From Candidatus Kerfeldbacteria bacterium (GTDB lineage: Bacteria; Patescibacteriota; Patescibacteriia; UBA9570): a stretch of DNA of 64,000 nucleotides. A program made the position numbers and the translations under genes. Under the pieces are notes generated by a model. The model saw only the letters and a program-made list of their open reading frames with translations, was not told the origin of the DNA and made no database searches. Location: contig JACPGK010000022.1 of assembly GCA_016182495.1 (NCBI GenBank), positions 11,092-75,091 of the forward strand, given 5' to 3'. Positions 39,139 to 49,052 of the stretch are shown piece after piece; within the stretch, counting starts at the first letter, position 1, and each line of letters begins with the position of its first letter.

Positions 39139-41055
39139 ATGGCCAATGAACACATAACTGTATTTGCTGCTACCAACTTCCGTAATCAACGGCGCAATTT
39201 TGGTATTAAAGTTGATGATCGTCGCCGGCACATGTATTTGGTTGGTAAAACTGGCATGGGCAAATCAACCGTGATTGAGAATACTATTATTAATGATATT
39301 CGCGCTGGTCATGGCGTGGCCTTAGTTGACCCGCACGGTGATTTGGCGGAAAAAGTATTACGATATATTCCTACCAGTCGAGTAAATGACGTGATTTATT
39401 TTAATCCGGCTGACATTAATTATCCCGTAGCTTTTAACATTTTAGAAAGTGTTGGTCCGGAATACAAACATCTGGTGGCCTATGGTTTAGTAGGAGTATT
39501 CAAAAAAATCTGGGCTGATTCCTGGGGGCCACGCATGGAATATATTTTAACCAATACCATTTTAGCTTTGCTGGATTATCCCGGTAGTTCATTATTAGGC
39601 GTCATGCGCATGTTGGTAGATAAAGCCTATCGTAAAAAAGTAGTTTCTAAAGTGACCGATCCAGTGGTCAAAACATTTTGGACGGATGAATTCGCCAATT
39701 ATTCAGAAAAGTTTCGTTCCGAAGCCATTGCTCCAATTCAAAACAAAGTTGGACAATTTTTAGCTTCATCGATTATTCGTAATATCGTTGGTCAATCCAA
39801 AAGCACTATTGAAATGCGCGAAATCATGGATAATCAAAAAATTCTCATCATGAATTTATCAAAAGGCCGGGTAGGCGAAGAGAGTTCTGCCTTGCTTGGA
39901 GCCATGATGATTACGAAATTACAAATTGCCGCCATGAGCCGAGTAGATATTCCGGAAGAAGACCGCAAAGATTTTTATCTCTATGTTGATGAATTTCAAA
40001 ATTTTGCCACGGATAGTTTTGCTGGAATACTATCGGAAGCTCGTAAATACCGCCTCTGTTTAATTATGGCGCATCAATATTTAGAACAATTGGGAGATGT
40101 GGTGAAAGCAGCCGTGTTTGGTAACGTTGGTACTATAGTAGTGTTTCGAGTAGGTGCCACTGATGCCACAGAGATGGAGCCAGAATTCGCTCCCCAGTTT
40201 ACCGCGCAAGATTTAGTGAATTTAAAAAAATATACTTTTTGTTTACGTTTAATGATTGATGGAGTAGCCACCGAACCGTTTTCAGGCATTGGTTTACCAC
40301 CAGTCACCGGCGAAACCGATGTGTTTGATAAAATTATTCGAGTGTCGAGAGAACGCTATGCTCGCCCTCGCGCCATGGTTGAGGAGCGGATATTGCGCTG
40401 GAGTGGAGTGGAAATCACCGGTGCCATTAAACCGGCTGGTGAAGAAGCTAATACTGAAGCGAGCGATGAGGATACCACTGACGATACCACAATGGATATT
40501 CCTGCTGCTGTGGAAACTAATCAACCAGCGACTGGCTCGGTGGTAAGTTTAATACCAGAAGAACCCGACCTGCCAATAACTGTATCAACCAGTCCAGAGG
40601 TAAAGCCAATTCGTCCGAAGATTAATTTTGTTCGTTTGGAACTACCAGATGATGACATCAAGCCAGCTGTTCCGAATCCAGTAACCGTTGAAGCAGTTCA
40701 GCCCAGTACACCAGTCCCACCGTCTAAACCAATAGTTATTCCAGCTCATACTGTGTCCTTGTCAGATTTGCGCCAAGGCAATGTTGAGCGCGTTAGTTTT
40801 TCTGGCAGTCAAAACCGATCACCTCAACAACCACAGCTTCAACCACAGCCATCGACCATGGCAGAAGACCCTGTACGTAAAAAACGCCACCGCCGTCGCA
40901 ATAAAAAACCAAGCCAAGATCAATGGCAAAATACAACACCTGTACAGCCACCAATCCAACCAGTTCGTCCGCCTGCACCCAAGCCAGTGCCACCACCAGC
41001 CAACAATCAAACGATTGATCCAACCAAGGTATCATTGAATGATTTGTTTAATTAA
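39139..41055 (+). CDS. FtsK/HerA/TraD-superfamily P-loop NTPase (VirD4/TraD coupling-protein-like, TraG-D_C type) with Pro-rich C-terminal tail
   Basis: Walker A LVGKTGMGKST, VDPHGDL, Walker B-like LYVDEFQNF. The C-terminal 200 aa are low-complexity P/Q-rich. Start chosen at MANEH (39139). Confidence 0.7.
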   Translation: MANEHITVFAATNFRNQRRNFGIKVDDRRRHMYLVGKTGMGKSTVIENTIINDIRAGHGVALVDPHGDLAEKVLRYIPTSRVNDVIYFNPADINYPVAFNILESVGPEYKHLVAYGLVGVFKKIWADSWGPRMEYILTNTILALLDYPGSSLLGVMRMLVDKAYRKKVVSKVTDPVVKTFWTDEFANYSEKFRSEAIAPIQNKVGQFLASSIIRNIVGQSKSTIEMREIMDNQKILIMNLSKGRVGEESSALLGAMMITKLQIAAMSRVDIPEEDRKDFYLYVDEFQNFATDSFAGILSEARKYRLCLIMAHQYLEQLGDVVKAAVFGNVGTIVVFRVGATDATEMEPEFAPQFTAQDLVNLKKYTFCLRLMIDGVATEPFSGIGLPPVTGETDVFDKIIRVSRERYARPRAMVEERILRWSGVEITGAIKPAGEEANTEASDEDTTDDTTMDIPAAVETNQPATGSVVSLIPEEPDLPITVSTSPEVKPIRPKINFVRLELPDDDIKPAVPNPVTVEAVQPSTPVPPSKPIVIPAHTVSLSDLRQGNVERVSFSGSQNRSPQQPQLQPQPSTMAEDPVRKKRHRRRNKKPSQDQWQNTTPVQPPIQPVRPPAPKPVPPPANNQTIDPTKVSLNDLFN

Positions 41056-41058
41056 GTC

Positions 41059-42651
41059 ATGCAACGCGCTTGCGTTCAGTGTCATCAATCCTTCGCAGTG
41101 TTTGAGCGCGATCAAATATATTATCAACAGCTCGGCGTACCTACTCCAACCAAGTGTCCACAATGTCGCTTTCAATTACGCCTGTCGTTTCGGAATGAGC
41201 GTTTTTTGTATCAACGCAACTGCCAGCTTTGCCATCAACCAACGTTATCTCAATATGCAACAGATAAACCATATACAATATATTGTCGCCAGTGTTGGTG
41301 GTCTGATCAATGGGATCCGCTAGATTTTGGCCAAGTGATTGATTGGAACCGATCGTTTTTTGAACAATTCGCAGAGGTAAAACTACAGGTGCCGCGCTTG
41401 GGGTTACTCAATGATGCGGACAGTGAAAATAGTGATTTTTGCAACCGCGTAAACAAACTGAAAAATTGCTATATGATTTTTGACGCCGTTGCTAATGAGA
41501 GCTGCATTTACGGTTCCGGCATGTATGGCAATAAAGATAGTGTTGATTGTGATTATTGTGATCGCGTTGAGCTGTGTTATGACTGTAGCTATTGCACAGA
41601 CAGTTATGGTTTACGTTATAGCCGCGACAGCGTGAATTGTCGTGATAGTGCGCTATTAGTTGATTGTGTGGGCGTTTCCAATAGTTTGATGTGTGTCGGT
41701 TTACGCAATGTCCAATATTGTTATAAAAACAAACAACTAACCCAAGCCGAATTCCAAACCGTTTGGAATAATTCTAATTTTGATAAAATTGAATTTGAGC
41801 AATTTGCCCTAACAATTCCGCGGCGGTATTACCAAGGCGTTCACAATGACGATAGTAGTGGCGATCATTTAGTGAACACCCATGCCGTCCTAAATTCATT
41901 TCAAGTACGTGATAGTGAAAATTGTGGGTACTGCTATGGAGTACATCATGCTAAGGATTCCTATGACTATACGATTTGGGGTGAACAGGCTGAATTAATG
42001 TATGAAGATCATGCTTGCGGCGGGCAATGTTCAAAAATTTGGTTTGGAAACGTGGTGTGGTACGGCCATGATACTTTGTATTGCGACCATTGTTTAAACG
42101 GGGCAATTAATTGTTTTGGTTGTGTTGGTCTTAAGAATCAGCAAAATTGTATTTTAAACAAACAATACTCACCAGACGAGTATCAGCAATTAAGCCAACG
42201 TTTGATTGAGCAGATGCGTTTAACCGGAGAATATGGTCATTTTTTTCCAGCCAGCTTGAGCGATTTTTGTTATAATGAAACTATGGCCCAGGAATTTTTT
42301 CCCTTAACCAAACAACAAGCCTTGGCCAGTGGTTGGCAATGGCAAGATCATTTACCTGGTAGTTACGGCCAGGCTGATTTGGCGAAGCAGATTTATACTT
42401 GTGCAGCATGCACTAAAAATTTTCGTTTAATTGCTCCTGAATTAAAATTTTATCAGCAGCAAGGCATTCCCTTGCCAATCCGTTGCCCAGATTGTCGCCA
42501 TGCCGAGCGCATGAAATATCGTTCACCGTATCAATTATATAATCGTCAGTGTATGAAACCAGGTTGCCCGAATCATTTCCAAACAGCCTATGGTCCAGAT
42601 CGGCCGGAAATTATATATTGCGAGGACTGTTATCAGAAAGAGATGTATTAA
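41059..42651 (+). CDS. Cys-rich zinc-ribbon repeat protein, array member P1 (unknown family)
   Basis: 530 aa. N-terminal module CVQCHQSF..PTKCPQCRFQLRL, central CxxC-rich repeats (FGCVGLKNQQNCILNKQYS), the GEYGHFFPASLSDFCYNETMAQEFFPLT motif, and a C-terminal module CAACTKNFRLIAPELKFY..PIRCPDCRH. It starts 3 nt after the ATPase stop. Confidence 0.75.
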   Translation: MQRACVQCHQSFAVFERDQIYYQQLGVPTPTKCPQCRFQLRLSFRNERFLYQRNCQLCHQPTLSQYATDKPYTIYCRQCWWSDQWDPLDFGQVIDWNRSFFEQFAEVKLQVPRLGLLNDADSENSDFCNRVNKLKNCYMIFDAVANESCIYGSGMYGNKDSVDCDYCDRVELCYDCSYCTDSYGLRYSRDSVNCRDSALLVDCVGVSNSLMCVGLRNVQYCYKNKQLTQAEFQTVWNNSNFDKIEFEQFALTIPRRYYQGVHNDDSSGDHLVNTHAVLNSFQVRDSENCGYCYGVHHAKDSYDYTIWGEQAELMYEDHACGGQCSKIWFGNVVWYGHDTLYCDHCLNGAINCFGCVGLKNQQNCILNKQYSPDEYQQLSQRLIEQMRLTGEYGHFFPASLSDFCYNETMAQEFFPLTKQQALASGWQWQDHLPGSYGQADLAKQIYTCAACTKNFRLIAPELKFYQQQGIPLPIRCPDCRHAERMKYRSPYQLYNRQCMKPGCPNHFQTAYGPDRPEIIYCEDCYQKEMY

Positions 42652-42652
42652 T

Positions 42653-44092
42653 ATGATCAAGCAATGTGCCCAGTGCAGTAAAACCTTCCAGATTGATAGC
42701 AGTGATCAGGATTTTTATAAACGAATGCAGGTGCCAGTCCCAAAGCTGTGTCCGAATTGTCGTCAACAACGGCGCCTAGCTTGGCGCAATGAACGTAGTT
42801 TGTATCCAGGAACTTGCCAGCATTGTCGTAAGCCTCTGATTTCACTGTATTCACCGAACAAACCGTATACAATTTATTGTCAGGATTGTTGGTTATCTGA
42901 TCAGTGGGATCCTTTTGATTACGCTCGAGATTATAACCCCAAACAATCTTTTTTTGAGCAAGTCAGGGAATTGCAATTGGTTGTTCCGCGCATGGCTATC
43001 ACTATCCGAAATTGTGAAAACAGGATTGCATGGATTTTATCATGCCGTATCAATGTCAATTATGCTACGAAGTGATTGAATGCAGCGATTGTTACCACTG
43101 TTTATTTTCCCAGCGCTGTGCCAATTGCCGAGATTGCTATTTTTCCTATAATTGTCGTAGTTGCCATGATTGTTTTGGTTGCATCAATTTGCGTAATAAG
43201 CAATATTGTTGGTTTAATCAACAACTCACCGAGGCTGAATATAAAGGCCGATTACAAAACATAGCATGGACTCACCAAACCATTGCCGACTATCGTTTAC
43301 AATTCGCTCAATTAAAATTGACTCAACCACATCTGGCCAGTGAACAAATTCATTGCGAAGCTAGTACTGGCGATTTAATGAAAGGATGTAATCATACCGA
43401 GTATGGTTTTGATGTTTACGATCAAGAACACACATCATATGTCTTTGATGTTCGCGAGACCAAAGATAGCCATGATTTATTCATCGGCGGATTTGGTAAT
43501 GAATTAACCTATGAATGTCATAGTGCCTTGCAAACGCAACACGGTGTCAGTTTGAATGTTTGCTGGGATGGTAATTATAATCTGTATTATTGCGATCACT
43601 GTTTTACCTCACATGATTTATTTGGTTGTATTGGATTACGTCAGCAGCAGTTTTGTATTTTAAATACACAGTATAGTGCAGTTGACTATAAAAAAATTAC
43701 ACGACAAATCATCGCCGATATGACACAAACGGGGGAGTGGGGAGAATTTTTTCCAATCTCTTTATCACCATTTGCCTACAATGAAACAGTAGCGCAAGAA
43801 TATTTTTCATTAACTGAAGCAGCCATTAAGGCCAATGGGTGGCAATGGCAGTCAATGTCGAAAAAATTATCGAATTGTGCCAACTGAACTGGCATATTAT
43901 CGGCAATTTGGTGTACCAATTCCACAACTGTGTCCACAGTGCCGACACTTGGCGAGAATGAAAATGCGTAATCCGCGACAGTTGTGGCAACGTCATTGTG
44001 CCAAATGTGCTGCCATGGTTACAACAACCTATGCACCTGATCGGCCGGAAATTATATATTGTCAAGATTGTTATCAGCAGGCGGTGTATTAG
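42653..44092 (+). pseudogene. Frameshifted member P2 of the Cys-rich family (three frame segments)
   Basis: The N-terminal module (42653..43075), central part (43030..43887) and C-terminal module (43835..44092) are homologous to intact paralogs but lie in three different frames. Confidence 0.7.
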
Positions 44093-44127
44093 ATCTCATC
44101 CCCCGCCCCTCATTTTATTCGGGACAC

Positions 44128-44151
44128 CCCCTTCTCTTGCAAGAGAAGGGG
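44128..44151. repeat. Perfect 24-bp GC-rich palindrome CCCCTTCTCTTGCAAGAGAAGGGG
   Basis: Seen directly. It belongs to a three-member family in the array and has no downstream T-run. Confidence 0.6.
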
Positions 44152-44258
44152 CTATGGTAACAATAATTACTGTCTAAGACGCGTCTATTGCCAAAGGAAG
44201 GTTTCCATGCTACGCTTGTTTAGCGTCCTAGTTTGGGCGCATTTTATTTATTATAAAA

Positions 44259-44669
44259 ATGTTAGCGAAAAATAAGATACCCCCAGAGATTAATTTTCAA
44301 AAGAAATTACATTATATTTCTCGTAAATTACGCGCTCACTCAACCGCAGCAGAGAAATATTTGTGGCAATTTTTACGAAGGAAACAAATATTAGGTTTAA
44401 GGTTTTTACGGCAACATCCAATTGATCGCTTTATAGTCGATTTTGTTTGTTATCGTTTTAAGATTATTATAGAAGTAGATGGTCCAATACATTTAATTCA
44501 TCAAGGCAGAGACAAACAACGAGACGAAAGGTTACAGCAATATGGTTATGTAATATTGCGTTTTAGTAATGATCAAGTTTTACATGAAATTAATAGCGTA
44601 TTAGCTATAATTAAACAACAAACCCTCTCTTCCCTTGTAAGGGAAGAGAGCAGGAGAGATGGGATCTAA
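44259..44669 (+). CDS. DUF559 / Vsr-like endonuclease-domain protein
   Basis: The motifs IVDFVCYRFKIIIEVDGPIH...RDERLQQYGYVILRF match the restriction-endonuclease-like DUF559 fold. GC-rich palindromes lie on both sides. Confidence 0.65.
   Translation: MLAKNKIPPEINFQKKLHYISRKLRAHSTAAEKYLWQFLRRKQILGLRFLRQHPIDRFIVDFVCYRFKIIIEVDGPIHLIHQGRDKQRDERLQQYGYVILRFSNDQVLHEINSVLAIIKQQTLSSLVREESRRDGI
44625..44650. repeat. GC-rich palindrome CTCTCTTCCCTTGTAAGGGAAGAGAG
   Basis: Seen directly. It overlaps the 3' end of the DUF559 ORF. Confidence 0.55.
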
Positions 44670-44798
44670 AGTAGTATCTAAATTAAGTTTACATCTCATC
44701 TATTTTTTTTGGCTAACATTAGATTCAATATTAAGCTCAAACAATAAAAATCTAAAACACTTTGACTACGTTTGGCGGTGAAGTATACTAATGTTTAT

Positions 44799-46508
44799 AT
44801 GACAAAACAATGTAAACAGTGCAGCAAGACATTTCAAATTAGTAGTGATGATCAAACGTTTTATCAAAAAATATCAGTGCCTGAACCAACTTTATGTCCT
44901 GATTGTCGATCACAACGGCGGTTAGTGTGGCGCAATGAACGTAGTTTATACTCCCGACAATGTGATTTGTGTCATAAACCTATCATCTCACTCTACCGTG
45001 CTAACAGCCCTTACACAGTGTACTGTTATGCTTGTTGGTATTCTGATCAATGGAATGGATCCGACTACGCTCGCGAGATCGATTGGCAGAGATCGTTTTT
45101 TGATCAGTTTAAAGAATTACAGTTACGGGTACCGCGCCTATCTGCTTTTATGGTAAACAACGAAAATTGCGAATATACCAACGGCACACTGGGTTGTAAA
45201 GATTGTTACATGATTTTTGCTAGCGATCATAATGAAAACTGTATGTATTCATACGGTATTTTTAGCAGTGTGACTACACTAGATGTATTAAGCGGAAAAA
45301 ATTGTGAATTATGTTATGACTGTATTGGTTGCACTAATTGTTTTAATGTACGGTATTCTGAAGATGCCAGTAACTGTAATACTGCTTATTTTTTGTTGGA
45401 TTGTAAAGGTTGTGGTGATTGTTTTATGTCGTATGGTTTACACAACCGTAATTATGTTTGGAAAAATGAACAATTAACAGAGGCTGAATATAAAGAACGC
45501 TTAGCCAAAACTCAACTAGGTAGCACGCAAACCATTAAACGTTTAAAAGCAGATTTTAAAGAATTAAAAAAGAAACATACTTTTAAATATTATCACGGTC
45601 AAAATAATGATAATTTTTCCGGAGATTACTTAGAGCGCTGCCATAATACCTGGCAATCATTTGAATGTTACGAGATTGATAACTGTAAATTTATTACGCA
45701 TGGCAATCAAATTAAAGATTGCTACGATGGTTATATGAACGTCGATCAGTGTGAGCTTGGTTATGAATTAGTCGGTTCGGTTGGGGCCTACAACACTAAA
45801 TTTGCTGCTGCCTGCTATACCGGCTCATATTCCTATTACATTGATTCCTGTAAACAAGTGAAAAATGTGTTTGGGTGCATTGGTTTGCAAAATCAGCAAT
45901 ATTGTATCTTGAATAAACAATATTCTGAACAAGAGTATTGTATTACGCGCGATAAATTAATTAAGCAGATGTCCGCAATCGGTGAGTATGGTGAATTTTT
46001 TCCGGTCAGCTGCTCGCCTTTTACCTATAATGAAACTGCCGCTATGGATTCATTTCCGTTAAGTCAAACCGATGTAGTCAATCGAGGTTGGAATTGGCAC
46101 ACACCACCTGATAAACAACAGCGTTTCAGCAGCTATCGTTTGCCAGATACGATTGATAAAGTGGAAGATGATGTATTGGAAAATTTTCTCACCTGCGAAC
46201 AGTGTCAAACTTTTTATAAAATTATTCCAGCAGAATTACGCTTGTATCGCGAGCACATCATCCCCGTCCCACGGCAGTGTTTTAATTGTCGCCACGCTGG
46301 CCGATTGCAACAACATACTCAACGGTCTTTATGGCAACGCCAATGTATGTGTACCCGCCCGCCAGGGCAAGCCGCAGGCGTTGCGGGCGCGGCCCAACCC
46401 GAACATGGCCATGGTGGTTTGTGTCAGAACAATTTTGAAACGGCCTATAGCACTGATAGTATTACTATCGTATACTGTGAGGATTGTTATAATAAGACTA
46501 TAGTATAA
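44799..46508 (+). CDS. Cys-rich zinc-ribbon repeat protein, array member P3
   Basis: N-terminus MTKQCKQCSKTFQISSDDQTFYQKISVPEPTLCPDCRSQRRLVWRNERSLY. It carries a GC-rich insertion (RPPGQAAGVAGAAQPEHGHGG) in the C-terminal module. The track ORF uses TTG 44772. Confidence 0.75.
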   Translation: MTKQCKQCSKTFQISSDDQTFYQKISVPEPTLCPDCRSQRRLVWRNERSLYSRQCDLCHKPIISLYRANSPYTVYCYACWYSDQWNGSDYAREIDWQRSFFDQFKELQLRVPRLSAFMVNNENCEYTNGTLGCKDCYMIFASDHNENCMYSYGIFSSVTTLDVLSGKNCELCYDCIGCTNCFNVRYSEDASNCNTAYFLLDCKGCGDCFMSYGLHNRNYVWKNEQLTEAEYKERLAKTQLGSTQTIKRLKADFKELKKKHTFKYYHGQNNDNFSGDYLERCHNTWQSFECYEIDNCKFITHGNQIKDCYDGYMNVDQCELGYELVGSVGAYNTKFAAACYTGSYSYYIDSCKQVKNVFGCIGLQNQQYCILNKQYSEQEYCITRDKLIKQMSAIGEYGEFFPVSCSPFTYNETAAMDSFPLSQTDVVNRGWNWHTPPDKQQRFSSYRLPDTIDKVEDDVLENFLTCEQCQTFYKIIPAELRLYREHIIPVPRQCFNCRHAGRLQQHTQRSLWQRQCMCTRPPGQAAGVAGAAQPEHGHGGLCQNNFETAYSTDSITIVYCEDCYNKTIV

Positions 46509-46531
46509 TTTGCAATGATCAATTTAACTCT

Positions 46532-48112
46532 ATGTCTATTTGTCAAACCTGCCAAACCAATTTTACCATCACCAGTAATGATCAGCTATTTTATGACAAA
46601 GTAAAAGCACCGTTACCAGTACAATGTCCGCAATGCCGCTTGCAGAAACGCTTAGCGTATCGTAATGAACGCAGCTTGTTTAGCAGCATTTGCGGTTTGT
46701 GTCATAAAAATATTTTGTCATTATATAATCCAGCTGATCAGTTCACCGTGTATTGCAACGATTGTTGGTGGTCAGATAAATGGGAACCAACCAATTATGG
46801 CCGCGCCATTGATTGGTCGCGTTCCCTGATTGAGCAGTGGAATGAAGTACGCCGAGCGGTACCGCGTTTAGCTTTGGTGAGCTTGAATAGTGAAAACTCT
46901 GATTACACGAACATGTCATCGGATAATAAAAATTGTTATTTATTATTCGCGGCCGAAAATAATGAAAATTGTTCCTATGGTAAATTAGTGCAAAAATGCA
47001 AGGATTGTTTCGATTGTAGTTTTATTTACGATTCTGAATTGTGTTACGGCTGTGTGAATATTCGTAATTGTTATCACAGTATTTATTTGCAAGATTGTCA
47101 GGATTCGCGGGATTGCGGTTTTTCGATTGGTTTGCGCGGTTGCAGTAATGTTTGGTTCAGTGCAAATTTGCACAATAAAGAATATTATATTGCTAATCAG
47201 TCGGTGCCACCAGCTGAATTCCAGCAACGGGTGCAAGTTTTAACAGCTGATGCCGTCGCGTTAAAAAAAAGTTATCAAACTTGGCGAGAATTAAATAAAG
47301 ACAGGATTGTAAAATATGCTCACAACATTAAAAGTGACGGCTGTACCGGCGATAGTTTAACCGACTGTAAACGTATCTATGACAGTTTTGATGTTACCGG
47401 CGGTCAGGACTGTGCGTATATGACCGATGCCTTAGAGTCGCGAGATTGTTATGATGCATCGTTTATTTATTATAAGCCAGAATTAGTGTACGATAGTTTG
47501 AGTATGTTGCAGTGTTATAATGTGCAATATTCCGTGTTTACGTTTTATACATCAGACAGCCAGTATTGCGATCAAGTGCACAATTCAAAAAATATCATGT
47601 TGTCATCCTGTTTACGTAATAAACAATTTGTAATTCTAAATAAACAATACAGCCAAGCAGAATATGAAGTCCTGCTGCCAAAAGTGATTGCCGCCATGAC
47701 TACAGTAAGTGATTATGGTCAACTACCACCAGCTGAACATAGTTTATTTGCCTACAATGATACTGTAGCCCAAGAATATTTTCCGTTAACCAAACAACAA
47801 GCACTGGCGGCTGGGTATCGTTGGAATAATGCCGCGGATGAACGAATACACAAACCATTTAAGCTTACTCAATCAGAATCAGTTTTTTATCAAACCATGA
47901 ATTTACCAGAACCAACTGAACATCCTGAATTACGTCATCGGGCGCGCATGGCTTTACGCAATCCTCGTCAGTTGTGGCAACGACCATGCCAGTGTACCCA
48001 AACAAATCATAATCATGCTACTACTTGCCCAGAAGTGTTTTTAACTAGTTATAGTACTGATCGTCCTGAACAGGTGTATTGTGAGCGGTGTTATCAACAA
48101 ACCGTCATTTAA
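46532..48112 (+). CDS. Cys-rich zinc-ribbon repeat protein, array member P4 (C-terminal ribbon cysteines lost)
   Basis: The N-terminal module is intact. In the C-terminal module the CxxC..CPxC positions are replaced (HKPFKLTQSESVFY..PEPTEHPELRHRAR). Confidence 0.72.
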   Translation: MSICQTCQTNFTITSNDQLFYDKVKAPLPVQCPQCRLQKRLAYRNERSLFSSICGLCHKNILSLYNPADQFTVYCNDCWWSDKWEPTNYGRAIDWSRSLIEQWNEVRRAVPRLALVSLNSENSDYTNMSSDNKNCYLLFAAENNENCSYGKLVQKCKDCFDCSFIYDSELCYGCVNIRNCYHSIYLQDCQDSRDCGFSIGLRGCSNVWFSANLHNKEYYIANQSVPPAEFQQRVQVLTADAVALKKSYQTWRELNKDRIVKYAHNIKSDGCTGDSLTDCKRIYDSFDVTGGQDCAYMTDALESRDCYDASFIYYKPELVYDSLSMLQCYNVQYSVFTFYTSDSQYCDQVHNSKNIMLSSCLRNKQFVILNKQYSQAEYEVLLPKVIAAMTTVSDYGQLPPAEHSLFAYNDTVAQEYFPLTKQQALAAGYRWNNAADERIHKPFKLTQSESVFYQTMNLPEPTEHPELRHRARMALRNPRQLWQRPCQCTQTNHNHATTCPEVFLTSYSTDRPEQVYCERCYQQTVI

Positions 48113-48239
48113 TTTTCAAAGCCCACCTTAGAGGCTGATCATTACTTTGTAGTATAAATCAGGTTGACATCTTTGCATTTTTTTATTACCTTACCTTAGC
48201 CTAAATAATAACTTTTCAACAGTAAAAATATAAGGTCGT

Positions 48240-49052
48240 TTGACCACGGTACGCAATACACTTATGCTTACTACGAAATTAAAGAAAGATCTTTTACAAC
48301 TTGGTTTAAGTGACAACGAGATTAAATTCTATGTGGCTGGTTTAGAACTGGGCTTAGCCACTGTCCCACAAATTGCCCAGCGTGCTGGTTTATCACGCAT
48401 GAGCGGTTACAATATTTATAAAAGTTTGAATCAGCAAGGCTTAGCCGAAATGGACGTGCGCAATTACGGCCAAAAATGCAAAGTCGCCAAACCGGCAAAA
48501 TTATTGACGCTGTATGAGCAAAAAACCCGCCAACTTGATAAACTGGCTACTGACTTGCCGAATTTAATTGGAGAGCTCAATGTGCTGTATGCTAGTGTGC
48601 CGGAAGATTTAGAGATTCATTATTATCGCAGCAAAGATGCCATTATGAAAGTGTGGGATGAAGCACTCACCAACACTAAGAAAGGCGATGATATTTTGAC
48701 GATTGCAGCAGTTGATTTTGCGCCCACGCTCGGTGCACATTTTGTTGAGTATATAGAAGAATTAGCGTTACGCTGTCAAGAAAAAGGCATTCATCATAAG
48801 TTGATTCTTGAACAAACCGGTTCTTATTCCTATGATCGTAAACTATTGCAAAAAATATTTCCAAAATCAATCATGATGAAGTTAGGGGCGACGGTTGAAC
48901 AGATGGTCTATGCTGATTACGCCGCTTTCATTTTTCCCGGCAAAGAATTATTCGCTATCACTATTCATAGCAAAGAATTAGCCAATCACTTTTCAAGAAT
49001 ATTTTATACCCTGTGGAATACGGTACATGCAACGACAATGCGTACAATGTAG
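48240..49052 (+). CDS. TrmB-family HTH transcriptional regulator
   Basis: The N-terminal winged helix LGLSDNEIKFYVAGLELGLATVPQIAQRAGLSRMSGYNIYKSLNQQGLAE and a C-terminal TrmB-like domain. TTG start. Overlaps the P5 start by 26 nt. Confidence 0.6.
   Translation: MTTVRNTLMLTTKLKKDLLQLGLSDNEIKFYVAGLELGLATVPQIAQRAGLSRMSGYNIYKSLNQQGLAEMDVRNYGQKCKVAKPAKLLTLYEQKTRQLDKLATDLPNLIGELNVLYASVPEDLEIHYYRSKDAIMKVWDEALTNTKKGDDILTIAAVDFAPTLGAHFVEYIEELALRCQEKGIHHKLILEQTGSYSYDRKLLQKIFPKSIMMKLGATVEQMVYADYAAFIFPGKELFAITIHSKELANHFSRIFYTLWNTVHATTMRTM

Noticed and set aside
40781-41038. Several small ORFs on both strands over the 3' end of the TraD-like ATPase gene
   Set aside because: They fall in the low-complexity Pro/Gln-rich C-terminal tail of the ATPase, where repetitive composition opens spurious frames.
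46153-46503. 116-aa ORF overlapping the 3' end of P3
   Set aside because: It arises from the GC-rich insertion within P3 and lies out of frame with the conserved C-terminal module.
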